Assembly: GCF_009834535.1 (NCBI RefSeq)
Contig: NC_045696.1
Span: 19,532,001 to 19,596,000, forward strand
Source: Camelus ferus
Taxonomy: Eukaryota
DNA: 64,000 nucleotides
Direction of reading: 5' to 3'
The position numbers and the translations under genes are program-made. Below, in pieces: positions 26,901-41,756 of this stretch. Positions within the stretch are counted from its first letter, which is position 1; each line of letters begins with the position of its first letter. The notes beneath the pieces are model-generated. The model made no database searches and was not told where the DNA came from. It saw only the letters and a list, made by a program, of their open reading frames with translations.

Positions 26901-28910
26901 TTTTTTTTTTTTTCTTTATTTCCTGAGGTAGGCTTGTATTATTATGAACTTCCCTCTTACACTGATTTTGCTTCATTGCCTGGGTTTTGGATAATTGTGT
27001 TTTCATTTTCATCTCCTTCAAGGTATTTTTAAAAATCTCTTTTTTTTTCAGTGATTCATTAGTTGTTTAGTAGTGTACTGTTTAGCCTCCATGTATTTGT
27101 GGTTTTTTTGCAGTTTTTGTCTGGTACTTGATTTCTAGTCATAGAGTTGTGGTCAGAAAGATGCTTGATATGACTTCATTTTTTCTTTAATTTACTGAGA
27201 CTTGTTTTGTGTCTTAGTATATGATCTATCACAGAGAATGTTCCATGTGCACTTTAAAAAAATGTATTTTCTTCTGCTTTTGAATGAAATGTTCTATATG
27301 TATCTATGCAATACATTTGGTTTAATGTGAAAATGTAGGCCAGTGTTTCCTTAACGATTTTCTGTCTGGATGATCTGTCCATTAATCTAAGTGGGGTGTT
27401 AAAGTCCTCTACTATTATTGTGTTACTGTTGATTCCACTCTTTATGTCTGTTAATATTTGTTTCCTGTATTTAGATATTCATATGTTGGGTGCAAATATA
27501 TATTTATAATTGTTATCTTTTTTTGTTGTTTTCATCCTTTGATCATCATTTAATGTCCTTCCTTGTCTCTATCACTTTTGTTTTAATGTCTATTTTGTCT
27601 GATATAAGTATTGTTACCCCAGCTTTCTTTTCACTTAAATTTGCATGGAATATTTTTTTCCATCCCCTCAATATCACTATATATGTGTCTTTAGATCTGC
27701 AAAGAATCTGTTGTACATAACTTGTTGCTGTTCCCTTGCTGATTTTAGTATTTTTTCCTTATTAATTTTTGCCATTTTAATTACAATGTGTCTTGATGTG
27801 GTACTCTTTGGGTTGATCCTGTTGGAGACTCTCTGTGCTTTCTGGGCCTAGATGTTTGTTTACTTTCTCAGGTTAGGGAAATTTTCAACTATTATATCTT
27901 CAATATACTCTCTATCCATTTCTTTATGTCTTCTCCTTTTGGAATCCCTCAAATGCATGTTAATACACTTGATGTTGTCCCAGAGGTATCTTAAACTGTC
28001 CTCATCTCTTTTTATTCATTTTTCTTTCTCTGTTCAGCTTCAGTAATTTCCACCACTCTGTCTTCCAACTCGCTGATGTTTTTCTGTATCATCTAATCTA
28101 CTATTGATTCCTTCTACTGTATTTTTCATTTCTGTTTCCTCACATTGTTTATTCTTCTATCCATCTTTTAACTCTTTGTTCAAAACTTCTAACTTATTAT
28201 GTTCGTCCAACCTTCTCCCAAATTCTTTGTGAATATCTTTAGAATCATTATCTTGAACTCTTCATAGGCTTGATTGCCAATCTTCACTTCATTTAGTTCT
28301 TCTTCTGGTGTGTTATCTTGTTCATTTGTTTGAAACATATTCCTCTGTCACCTCATTTTGCCTAACTTGCTGTTTTATTACTGTGTATTTGATAGGTTGG
28401 TTGCATTTCCTGACCTTGGAAAAGTGGTCTTTTGCAGAAGACATTCTGTGTGTCTCAGCAGCACACTCCTCTTTAGTCACCATAGCTATATGCTCTAATG
28501 GTGCCTCTTATGTGGGCTCCCTGGTCCTTCTCTTGTGGTGGGTTGACTACTGTAAGTGGTCTGGTAGGCAGGGCTGGCTCCAGTCTGATTGGTCACTAGG
28601 CTCTGCCTTGTGCATAGACCTCTGCCTCTTCCTCTGGGGCAGAGTGGATCACAACCTGGCTGGCTGCAAAGATCCCATAGTTCCTAGGGGTACTGCTGAC
28701 CTACTGCTTGGAAGAACTGGGTTCCAGAATGAGTAGTTGTCAGGCCAGGGGTCCAGGATGTTTCTGTCAACCTGCTGGTAAGTGAGGCCAGAGGCCAGTG
28801 GGTCCCAGAACTGGTGCTGGCCTGAGGTGGGTGGAACCATGTCCTGGGGGCTTTGGCTGCAGGTCCCTGGGGGTCTCAGAGCTGGTTTCAGTCCTCTGGT
28901 ATGCTGGGTT
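23935..28910 (-). mobile_element. About 5 kb L1 (L1MA-like 3'UTR, ORF2, internally deleted ORF1, 5'UTR), sense to NCAM2
   Basis: ORF 25018..25320(-) ([23 protein letters not shown]) and ORF 26322..26558(-) (LNQEEIENMSRQITSNEIESVIK...PGPDGFTDEFY) are L1 ORF2 fragments. Many stops and frameshifts. Confidence 0.95.
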
Positions 28911-31900
28911 AGAGTGAGGTCATCAGCTGAGCCTTCTTAGGAGAAAGGAGGTTTGTGAACTAGAGGACAGTGAAAATGTATGACATAGTTATCTAAAACT
29001 GGTGAAGAAAATGGGCAAGGAAAATGTGGGGAGAGTGCTTCACAACACAAAGAGTATGCATTAAGCTATGGGTCACAATTTTAAGAAAGACTGTAGCTTT
29101 TCTCCAGCTATGTTGAGCTGTCCTGATACATGTGTAAAATAGGCATGGTGGTTAATTAAACCATGACTGGCATTTACCAGAAGCATTTCATGAAGAACAG
29201 AAAGACTGAGACGTGCATATGTGGTAGTGATTATAATAGAGAATAAAAATTAAGCTAGAGATTAAAATAAATGAACAAGGTGGGTCATTTGGGCCAGGGA
29301 AAAGATGGTCCACAAATAATAAAAGTGGATCCATAAATAATAAAATTATTTCATTTCTATTCATTTGATAAAGTATAAATACATTTTCTTACACATACCC
29401 TATTAGCATCCAAGAATGAAAGGCTTAGAAAGTCTTATAATAATTGCACTAAGGTGCTTCTCATTAAAATATATTCAATTTTATCCATTAATTATTGTGT
29501 GACTAACATTCTTTTATGCACTTATCTTTCCTCCATGCTTAAACTTGAAAACATAACTCATCAAATGTATTCTTTTGCAAGTTTTTTATTATACTTACTT
29601 ACTCAAATATTTTCAGATATACTATGTCTACTTGTATAGCAATTCCTTCAAACTTAATTCATTTTGTCTCTTGAATTTAGTTATTATTTCCTACTAAAAT
29701 ATCATATAAGTAAATAAAAGTTACATTAATCAGAAAATTTATTACTTTGTTTAGTCTATTAACATTCACTATTTCTATATTTATGACTATATGATTTTAT
29801 ATTTTCCTCAGGGGTAGTAGATTTCTTCTAAGAAGTAGTAAATATCATATGAAGTCTACAATATGATATGCCATTTACAAGAAAAAGACATATTTTCTAC
29901 TACAAAGCCAAAAAAAATCACTTTCAGTATGTAGATTACTTTCAATATGTAAATAATGTAATTGTCTCCAGAATAATTATGGTAAAATTGTGAACTACTA
30001 TCATATCATCCTACAAACATGATAAAAAATTCTTTCAATTGGAAATATTTTTAATAATTTTAAAATAATAGTTAATAATGTTTTTAAAAAGAACAATGAT
30101 ACTTTTATTTTTTAAATATTTCCCAGAATTTTCTCAAAAATAGTTTTTGAAATTACATGTTGAACTTATGATAAGATTTCTTTGATCATCACTACGCAAG
30201 CTGTGGGTTGGAAAAGAAATTCTAAAAAGTTGTAAATGATTGAAAACCCACCTCTCTATGAGCTCTGAAGCATCCAGGAAGATTTCCAACATGCCTAATT
30301 ATATTCTACCACCTACATCAGATGAGGTATAGAAGTATCCATTTTGCCTATTGCCCAGCAGGGATCTGTAATATTGCTCTCAGAACACTAGCACGAAAAA
30401 ATGCATTAGGAGGACCTTAAAAATGTCAAATACAAAATCCTTCAGAAAAGCCCACTATCTCTGGAAAGAAAAAAATACAGGCATTAAAATCTACAGGTGC
30501 CAAGAGAATGCTCTTCAGCATTCTTCTCCACAATCAGAAATTGACCTTTTTTTTTTCCAATGTAAAGACATTATCAGAGTTCTCTTTGCTTTTCTTATAA
30601 CTGAACATATGGAAAAGCTATATAAAAGAAGGAAATTGCAAACCCACTGCCTCTCTATACTAAGTTATTTGAAAATCATGAACTGAAAAATGAATAAATA
30701 TCTTAATTTAAAAGGGGCTCAGCATGGGGACAAAAACTATCTTAAAACATGATTATCTATTGAATCCATAGAAAGATTTAGAGAATTGAGAAATGTAAGA
30801 GTTTGAAGGAGCTTTATTTTATCAGTGATGGAACTGAAAGATATGTCAATTTATCTGAAGTCACAGAGCGATTAAGTGGCAAACCCAGGAACTGAAACAA
30901 AGAATCAGTGTTGCAACTGCTACATCATTTCCATTCATTAAGCTCTAATTTATATGAACTGAGGATACCAAAGCTAACATGATTTAGAAATCCATGAGTT
31001 ACAAATGAATTCCTTTTATATATTTTATTCTATATCTAGCTGTATTGAGTATCAAGATCACATTAGGTTGAGTGTTGGTGTGTAGTTTTATGTGTGTGTG
31101 TTGGTGCATTTGCAATGAAAGAATATAGTCATTTTAAAGGTAGGGGATCTCTATAGGTTATACACAAAAGAACAATTTCAAGGAATTTTCAAAATATACC
31201 TCATTATTCCCTGTCGAAGATACTGGCTAAGAGTATCTAAGAGCTAAATAAACCCCGTCAGAATCCTGGGAGAGGGGCTCAGTCATTTCCCATGGAGTAA
31301 GGCTCAGTCAGATATACGTGTATACACTTTCTTACGTGATTCTGGTGTACAGCCTTGGTTCAGTATTATCCACTGCCTTCCTCAAATATTAACTCAAAGA
31401 CTTAATCGCACAGCAAGGCAGATTATCACGGTAACAAAGATTATTTGAGATCCTCTAATGCAATGTCACATCAAGTGAAAGGATTTTCTTTTAGACACTG
31501 ATGATCTTACAAATTATGATAGAGACATTCAAGGGACTGGACATTCTGTCACTTTTGAATTTAATACATTCCATTATCTGTAATACTTGACTCTTGGAAA
31601 GTCTCTGCACTTCTGTAATTTCCACTCTTTTGTCATACTATCACCCACAGTAAGAAATATGTCTAGTTCAACTATACTATGACTGTCTTTAAAATATGTG
31701 AACAAACATATCATTACTGTTGCTTCAGTTGCTTATTAAGCAATTGAAATATTGAAATTGAAACAATGAAAACATTTGTTCTTGATTGTTAGTGGTGGTG
31801 GCCATGTTTTTATCAGTCTTGCTGTAAGTCACTAAGAACTGCCTATAATTGCATCTCAGAACGCACTTTCAGGTTTTGGTACAGAAGTACAAATAAAACT

Positions 31901-34900
31901 CCTTATGAAAGTAATAAAAATACAGCTGTAAAAATTTTGCTCAGAAGTATAAATACAATGACATATTGAAAAATGCCTATATATCATCTTTCATTCTTTA
32001 AAGACGATGCTATAAATATGCCATCATATTCAGTATTTTATTTCACTAGAGCTTGTAAAATAAGAGACACTACAGTCTCTTCTTAAATCAGTAATTGTGG
32101 ACTTGTTGGTCTCATTTAGTAATTTCTATTTAAAGAGGAAAAGGAAGTTGAAAATCTTAAGTTGTATCCTATACTATAAAGGTGTTGCCAATTATACTGT
32201 TAAATATTTTTAAGACTTTTTTTTTAATCAGAGTCTAAGCAATTTTCATCAGCCTAGAGCAAATTGAGAGGAGATATTCTGATGACAGTAGATACACTTT
32301 CCAAAATGCATCAGTAGAGAGGCCTGTCAGAAGAACAAATTGAACTGGGTCTATGGCAGTGCAGAAAAATACGCCAAAGCTGTATTTGTAGCCCTGCAAA
32401 AGTCCACTTACATACTGAAAATGAATGTTTTGAATATGAAAATTGCATATTTCAAAATTGCATAGTCATATAGAAAACATTGCTGATTTTAAACATGCTT
32501 TGATTCCATCTCTCCTAAATTGTATGCACTATGAAGCAGAAAAGTCTTTTTCTACAGCGCTGTATTTTTTGTGCATAGAATAGTACATGCAAACATAAAA
32601 GTCTTCAATAATATTTGTTGATAGTTGTAAATGAACTTAAGCAAATGATAAAGGAAACATTGGTCACATAAATTTCTGTCACTTTAAGGATTATTTTACT
32701 GCTTACATTTTATTAAATTTAATTTTCAAGAACTCATATTTGCTTTAGGATGAAAAAAAGTAACACAAGAGAGACTAATGTAATCTTCACAGTTTATGGA
32801 TAAAAAAAGATCTAAGAATTTATAGTGGAGATTTTCATATGATATGAAAAATTCACTTCATTGTCCTCTGTGGTGGTTTAATAAAAGTGATTTAAATAAA
32901 TCTTTTAAAAGCATTATGTTTTCTTAGGCCCAGAGCTGTACCTACACAATAAAAATAATATAAGAGCATAAAACAGTATAATAATGAATGCAGTAGTATA
33001 ATAATAAATATTTTACTCTAAGAATTTAATGTTATAAAATTTAAAACATTATATTTTATTCAGATAGTTGTATCAAAGAACTGCTTATCTTTATTATTAC
33101 TAGAAATCCCTTTTGACTTGGTAGTTTATTCTGAAGGAACATTTGAAGTAAGTATTGTCCAGATCACAGTGCCTCAATTCATGGAAAAACATGCTTATCA
33201 GTCTATACAATTAAAATAGAAACACTTTGGTACAACTATGCCTTCTGTATGTGAGTGCAAAGTTAAATATTAAAGTAGATTCTTCATACTTGTATTAAGG
33301 TTTTTTAACCTTAAATCTCAGTTTAAATACATTTATTTATTTGAACGAACAGAAAGTAAAATGGACTTAAAAGTAGTAAAGCTAATCAGTAGGGTTGTTT
33401 TCTTGGACACTGAAAAACACATTTTTCAAATGAATGTTAAAGAACAGAAAGTTTTATAATTTTAATCACAAAGTTTTAGTTGCTCTAACTCAGACGATGG
33501 CCAGCATTTCATATTTTATTTCAGGCAAATTGGGAAGAAATTATTTTTCAATTTAATCACTATACCTTTCTTACTGAGTTTATTGGCATCATTTTGAAAG
33601 GACCATTTGGTGTTAAGGATTGAAATTAAATGAGTTTCTGTTTCTATGATTTGTTAACTCTCTACACATTAATTAACAATTTAATATATTTATTGGATAG
33701 AAGTGCTTGACCACACAAATAGAAGAAAGGATGAGTTCTGACCTCCAAATTTTGTAGTTAAACTTCGTAATTCAAAGTATGTCTGAAATAAAAGCAGTGT
33801 TTTGAAATGATGTGTGTACCAGTGAAGGTGCACATGCTGAGTTTAGATATGAATATGAAAAAAATTTTATTTTACAGTTTTATATTTATTTTAATGTCCC
33901 TTTTAAAATGTAACTGATATTTTAGGTTAGGATTAGAGTAAGTGGAAAAACTAATTCAATTCAAAGAAAAAATTAAGTGTATAACAATCTAGGCAGCACA
34001 TGAGTATAGAAAAGAAATTAAACTGATGATGAAATGACTGAAGTTTGGGAAATTCTCTTTTAAAACAGTTAGAACTTATTGCTATACATTTCAAATGCGT
34101 CTTGTCCAATGTAGAGTAGGATTAATTTCTAGTGGAGATAGGCCTGTAATTTACTCTGCAGGACAAGTATAACAGGAATAAAATAATTATAGATTCTGTA
34201 TCTAAAGAGTAGATACACGATTTATGTGAGGTATTATTCACCAAATGATTTCATAAGCACTTTAGAATTATTATATAAAACAGTCTAGTCACACAGATGA
34301 GACTGGTTACTCTTATGTTGACATTTTTTATAAGAATTTTAGAGATAAAAATCACTTCCTGCACATCTTTTACATCCATTTAGCCCTAAAATGGCAAGTA
34401 ACAATATTTCTAAAGAAATGTTTAAAATAAACCATTTTTATCATATGAATATAAAATCTAATTTTGAAAGCTGATGGAGAACAAGCATTCTTAAGCAATC
34501 TGGCTTTGTGGTGCACAGCATTTCTCTTTCTTCCTACCTTAATGGACCTGTCTAGGTGCTTCTTAGAATGTGGAAGAGTCTATTCCAAACCAACATTTAT
34601 TGCCATATTAATACAGGAGGTAAAAAAGGGCCTGAAGGAAGCAATAAATGACTTACTTCCTAGAGAGGAAAATGTGGCGGAGAATGGGAGAAGGTAGACC
34701 AGAGAGAGAGGGAAAAAGAACATGATGAGGTAAGATTTGTGAGATTTCTTTCTAGTCCTGATTTTGTGTCTCACAGGTATAAGGCCAGAGTTATCTGAGA
34801 ATCTATGACCAGGATAGGAAGTTAGAGTCCTCATCTACACTTCTCTGCAAGGATGGAGATGGACACCAAACACTGTGACTAAGATGACATGACTAAGATG

Positions 34901-36744
34901 ACACTCAAATGCAGACTCTCAACATTGTAAACTTCCAAGAGGAATGCGAAATTTAATTACAAGATTTAGAATCTAGTGCGGCAAAAAGAGTTCATATCTG
35001 AGACACTGAAATGATACTGCTAGAGATTATGTTATAGTAAACTTCTATATATCACTATGTTAAAGAAGCACGATCTACAACAACTTCAACATTTTATTGT
35101 TCTGTGGACGATCTTATTCATACAATACATATGCCTATTCTCCAAGTTTTTATCTGGTTTCTTTGTGGCAGCTGTTGTTGACACAGAATTAACACGATCA
35201 TTCTGTCTTCTCATGTATAAGATATCTAAAGACTAAATACCTCCAAGGAAAAGAGAAATTAACACTTCTAAGTTCAATTTGTGTCTGGGATGTTATGCAT
35301 GCTCTCGTTTCATCTTTAGAAACTTTTCCAGGTAGGTTTTATTATTACCCTGATATAGACATGCAGAAACTGAAATCAGACAGAAGTAACATGGTAAATG
35401 ACACACGAAAATGACAAATTTGGAATTAAACTTTGACTTGCATGACACTTCAAGATTTCCCATACTAACTTATCAATACCTATAAGCATACATCTATTAT
35501 ATTTATTGATCAATAAGAATGATAAGAAGGGATGATTTGAAAGAAAATGGTTCAAAATAGATGACGGGTGTTCATGCCAGGGACTTCAAAACATTTTAAT
35601 TATACAATTTCACATAATCCCCAAACCAACCCTATGAAAGAAGCATGGTTTTATTTAAAAAACAAAGATTTTTAATGTAAAAAAAATTAGATTGTTAAGT
35701 TTTTAAGTTGTGAAACAATTCACAACTTTTAAGTCTTAGCCAAATTAAACACATTCCACAATGTGTTTGTGTAGCTTTAGTTCTGTCTTAAACTTTATTG
35801 TATCCATTTAACTATTATTACAGTTAAGTATATAGCATCTATTAAATGAAGAGGCTGGAGATTTCTAATTTTTATACACAAATGTATCTTAATATGACCT
35901 CAAAAATAATGTGCTAAAATTAAGCTATCAACTTAATACATTCTTGAATAACACTAGTAAATTGATATTTTAATGAAAAATTTTCAAAAATACTCATTAT
36001 CACTAAACTAAATTGCTCAATTTTTTTCCATAAATGGATAATTAAAAGTTAGTGACAACTGTGAAATTTAAAAAAATAAAATAAAGAACAAAATATTACC
36101 TTGAAATAACAATGGATATTAAGAAAATACTTCTAAAGTAAGTGTGTGCTATATTTTTCTTACATATAACATGTATTTTTGAATTTTTAGAAGAGTTTTA
36201 AAAATTACATATATTACTTTAAATATAGGGAAAATGCATTAGGTTATAGATAAAATAATGAATTTAAAAGAGTTCTGTGTTTAACCACCAAATTTTTTGT
36301 TGTTGTTTCTGAAGAATATCATATTATGCAAGGATATTTTATGTTAAGTCATTAACATGCATAGTTCCACAGTTCTACAGAACTACAGGTACAGAAAATA
36401 CATGTGGCCACATTGAGACACCCTCCTTCGAAAATCCACAATGATGAATATATCTGCTAAATACATTTTCACATTTTTGGATGGAGTAATTAGTTAGAAG
36501 TACATACACTGATGATATTTCACTGTGTCAATTGTGTCTGTGACCTACACAATTGTCATTTTCATCAACAGTGATGAAAAGTTTTGATTAAAACAAACTG
36601 TAATTTCCAAGCCCCTATCAAGGTGCCAAAGTAATCTCTCAACAGCATTTTTCTGTTGAAAGGACTAGTTGTTAAACGTCATTTGACTTTAGAGTTTGAG
36701 AATTGTTTTCCAATTTATGGATGGCCTGAAGACCATCCATATGA

Positions 36745-36875
36745 CACCAACTGATGAGTTTATTAAACATGCAATCCTAGGTCCTGTGCTAGACATTCTA
36801 AATCAACCTCAGGGAGTGGGATTCTAGAATCTGCATTTAAACAGGCTCTCCAAGTGATTCTTATGGCAAATACAA
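36745..36875. mobile_element. MER5A-like hAT DNA transposon fragment
   Basis: ttattaaacatgcaatcctagg...gaatctgcatttaaacaggctctccaagtgattct. Confidence 0.65.
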
Positions 36876-37019
36876 TCACATGCTACTTTTCATGACTAGT
36901 GATATAATCACAGTGTTTAATCAAATTTTAGTTATCTGCCTTTATGACGCCTGTTAACAGAGTTTACTCAAAATCAGAGAAACAAGATAAACTACACTGC
37001 AATATTTATGAAATACGAT

Positions 37020-37240
37020 AGAGAAAAAAGGTTTATTGAATATTTACAATATGCTGAAGACTTTGATATGCATTTTACAATGTACTCCTCGTCTTTCCTA
37101 TTATCCTCACTAAAGATGAAGAAACTCATATTAAGAAGACTTCAGATAGTATTGCCAAAGCTAAAGCATCATAAATGCAGAGCTGAGATTCAAAACTGGA
37201 TTTGATTAACTTCAAAGCTCAGATCAACCATTCACTTTCT
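37020..37240 (-). mobile_element. MIR SINE
   Basis: tttattgaatatttacaatatgc...attatcctcactaaagatgaagaaact...gcagagctgagattcaaaac. Confidence 0.7.
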
Positions 37241-39171
37241 GAATTTTGGCTGTTGAAGAAACTAGGAATGTTAGGAGAAAGACACTTACCATCCAGAAAG
37301 TAAGACAAGGTTCTTAAAATAATTTTGGAGAAATATCAGGATAGAAAGTGAACAGTCTTAATTTCTTTATCCACTGGATAAAAGTTGTATTTAGAAAAAC
37401 AAAAGCATATTAAGGTTTCTATAATTGTTTTCTAACAAATAAACTGGATAAAAAAATAAAAAGATGTGTACTTCAATAGGCATAATCCTTAGCAAACAAA
37501 AACTAGGTGATTATTTTTCACAACTGTTGTAGAAGTAATTTCTGTATGTAGTTTGGGGTGGTATGGGGCAAATATGATTTAAAAAATCATGGGCCTCTGG
37601 CTACTTGACAATTTTTTATTGATAAAATAACTGAATATAATGTATCCCTCATTACTTGTATGTTCATAAGGAAACATCTATTAAAAGAAGAGTAAAATCT
37701 ATATTTGAAAAGAGAAATTTCAGGAATTTTACAGTACAAAAAAATAATGAAAGCGTGAGTTAGGACTATGAAGGTAAATTAATAAGGACTTACAAACATG
37801 AAAACCATGATTTTTGAGTAACCTCATCCAAAGAAGTGTACTAAAATTGACATGAAAACAATCACCTACAGATTTATATATCTAATTTTCTGGACAATTT
37901 TTTAAAAATTTATAGAAACATAACTCCTTTAAGATTTGTCAATGTGCCATAGCAATATCTATCATTATTTATTAAGAAAATATTAAAGCAGATTTTATCA
38001 TTTTTCTGGGTTGCCAGAAGCATGCACATGTCATTCATATTTTATAAATTTGATTTTCAACTTCCACATATAAAATAAGTATATCAAAATAGTATAACTG
38101 TTGCCAAAAAGAGGTATATTCTCTTAAAAATGCCATCATGAGGAGGAAATGGGGCCAAGAAGGGTGATAAATGGTAATACATTCTTTCAAAAGATAAATA
38201 GTAAATGGCCAGGGAGAAGCATGTTTTGCCAACTTATGGAGTTAATGTGTTGTTAAAATTAAATGATGAGTTGGAGAGATAGAAAGTGAATTTTGGATAA
38301 ACTGATTTGAAATTTTTCTGCTATCAATGTTGGTAAGTCAAAAGTACTTGTATTTTAGAAATAATTTTATTTTACAGAAATTGATATAAATTAAGGAAAG
38401 AGGTTTAAAGGAGGTTGCTTCAACACTGAGGAAAAAAAGAGATCTATATGCTTAATGTCATAATCTTTACATGTGTAAAAATGCCAATTCCATCATATCA
38501 TTAGTTTACTACCTGTTTCACTTTTGTTTATACTGGGATTTTTACATAAATATTTACAAAAAATAATAATGATCATCTATGGAGTGTAGTGAAACACATG
38601 ATAATGTTTACTTGATTTCTTAGGAACTTGAATGCATTCTGATGAACACTCACCAATTTACATGGGAGAAGCATTTACCAAAATGCTGTATTTTGTTACA
38701 TTTGTACTTATTTGTCTTTATAAGGTTATAAATGATATAAAGGCGGAAACTACTGTCCTACTGCATTAAAAATTAATCTAAAGAGTTGAGTTAAGTGACA
38801 GCCAGAATTTTGTCAATTTAAATTATTTTCATTTACACAGTACAAGGCAGGGGGATTGACATCGCAGTAAGATATTTTACAGATGCAGTGTATACCAAAA
38901 GTTTGCATGCAGGCAAATTTAAGAAAGAGTGCCAACAACCTAAGATTTTGTGGACAATGAAATACATCCTTAAATATTACACTGTGACTTGATTCTCCTC
39001 CGAATTTATTTTTAGGCTGACTGTGGTAGAGTTAACTTTTTACAAATTAAACCACTTACTGCATTCCTACAAGTTACTTGTTAACTTGGAGTCCAATGTG
39101 AGATTTAATTATATGCAAAAGACTGAAAATATAATGGTTTTGAAAGTCACTATACATTAAATTGCTGTTAC

Positions 39172-39317
39172 CTTATCGCCTTCGGAAAAAGTGACGCCAT
39201 CCACCGCTCTTTTCCAAGTGATTTCTGGAATAGGCTCCCCTTCTGCTTCACATATGAGTGTGACTTGACCATTCTCAGATGTAGTCTCATTTTTAAGCTG
39301 CATTATGTGAGGCTGTA
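39172..39317 (-). CDS. NCAM2: NCAM2 coding exon (approx. exon 8), N-terminal half of Ig4; 146 nt, phase 1 to phase 0
   Basis: Translates as (V)[48 protein letters not shown]. Acceptor atattttttacag|TA, donor AAG|gtaaca. Contains an N-E-T sequon. Confidence 0.97.
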
Positions 39318-41599
39318 CTGTAAAAAATATATACATTGCTCAACCTGTATTTGAGGAAAATATTACTATGTGTGGTGGGCATCTAAGTACATACTAGCAT
39401 AGTGTAGAATTATTAGCTTTGCAGCAATTACGTTGTCATACTTTGCTTTAGAAAATTGCCAGGAGAGTTGCAAAGTACAGGAGGAAAAAAATGTTAGAAA
39501 ATAATGGTCATTCATTATCATTATAAAAATAAATTGAACTGGTTTAGAAACCAACATAAAAATTATAATTGCTTCCAAAATTTTGCCAATTAAAAGTGAC
39601 TTCATTATTTTTCCTCTTAAAGCTACAAAATTAAAATTTCCTCTTTTAAAGCCACATGTGCATGTATGAATGGGTGTGTCTGTGTATGACATCTGGTTAT
39701 CTCTTAAACTTTAAAAACAATTTCACCAAAGAGGGAAAATAAAGATGCATCCTGAATATATAGCAGGTATAATCTTGTACAATATTTAAAATATTTTTAA
39801 GCAAACATATAAACATGCTATTTACTTATATTATTCTGATTAATTTGAACCTCAGATTATTTTAATTAGATAGTATAGCTAATTATTTCTTTACAATTAT
39901 GACTTATATAAAGAGCAAAACAACATGTCTACTAATTTAAATTATCATGTCTACTAATTAAATTATCTTAATACTAAAAATTACAAATTTACATATACCA
40001 CAGAGATTTAAGGTTGTGAACTCTGTATTATCAGCATTGCTTAAATTTTTACTTGTTTGAACATAAAAATGATAAAAGCCAGCACTTGTTATTTCAGGAC
40101 TAGTAACAGGTTTTTTAAATCATTAAATGCAATCAATTATGAAAAATAATTTGTATTTATATGCATTCTTAATCTTAAAAAATTAGATTCTTGATATCAG
40201 AAACATGGTATGCACAATTTTTTAACAGTTCAGTGTTTACTCCATTGACTTTAATGGATTTAGTTTTATCTCCACTATATACACATGATTTGTATCAAAC
40301 CCAGTACAAATCTATTGTGTTACTCTTCAAAGTGATTACAACAATGATACAGTATATCATGTTTCATTCATTATTTTCTAGTTGAAAGAATGGAAATATT
40401 AGAAACCTTCTTTTATTTATCTCTTTGTTCTCACTCACTGCCACCTTAATTTTTAAAAAAGTAATTAAAATAGCATTTCATATAAGCCCAATGAGATAGA
40501 TTGAGATAATCTACCATTTGGAATTATCTCAGACACTATAATTTCTAATTATTAATTCATTTTTATACTGAGTTATATTTAGCATCACACATTTTAAAGA
40601 CAACTTTTTTAAGTGGGGAACACTGCTGGAACAAGTTAGATGCTTTCTATAATTTCTAATAATTTCAAGTTTGTTTACTCTTCTTTCTGACTCTTAGCTT
40701 TGCTGATTTCTCATCGTTAATGATTTTTGTGTAAACATATCTAAACATCACCCTTCTAAGTAACTTTCCAACACCATGCTATCCAGAATAATATCTCTTT
40801 TTTACCCAACACCAACTGATTGATCTAGTTTCACTTTTTTCTTAGATCATCTTATTATTCCAATTGTATTTTTTTTATTTTAATGTGCTTTGGTGTATTC
40901 TTTATTGTCTGTCTCACTCTGCTAGAATATAACCTTTATGAAACTCTTCCAGGTACAGAAAATATTTCTATTACAGTTGCTACAGGACCAGCTGGCAGAG
41001 GGTGTGTCCACACTTGAATTACCATTCATCTTTTGATCTAAGTACAGAGTTCTCCCTCCTTCCTTCCCATCTCTTTGTTGTGAAAGCATTTTGATAACAA
41101 TATTTTTTTATGTGGAAACAGCACAGGAAATATTATTAGTGCATATAGTTTTTAGTGTTTGCTTTTTAAAGAGAATAATCATATTTTAAATATCCACCAG
41201 CAAAACTGTTTTTCCTCTGGCAAACATAATGAAAACTAAATCAATAATCAAAAAAAAAAAATCCTTACTGATTTTCTACCCTCTGTAAGTTCCCCAAGGA
41301 AGGCTGTATGGCTCTTGGTAAATACAGAAGATATTTATATTATATTTCCTTTCAATAAAATGAAAAGGGGATACTTAACTATAGTTGCAGGTCAATGTTT
41401 CCGAACTATAGATGAGCTCTTTTCAAGTACAGTAAAAGTAAAACAGATCCCAACACATGTCATTTAAAGATTTATGAAGATCAACCCATACATGTAACAT
41501 AATAGGTCCCAGGATGTGTAATTTAAATGGATTTTATTCCAGCCTTTGTTATGAGTCAGCAAATATTTTACAGAAGTCTACATGTATAATTTTCTGTAA

Positions 41600-41750
41600 T
41601 TCTTAAAATAATTCTATCTGGTAGCTGCAATTTTAAAATCTACTTTAGAGATGAGAAAACTGAGATTTAAGTTTGGAAAATTAAGTAGCTCATATGAGTG
41701 ACAGAATTTGACGTAGAATCCCCTCTAGATTGTAACTACTATGCTATAAT
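41600..41750 (-). mobile_element. MIR fragment abutting the exon 7 donor
   Basis: tttagagatgagaaaactgagattta...gagtgacagaatttg core. Confidence 0.6.
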
Positions 41751-41756
41751 ACTTAC

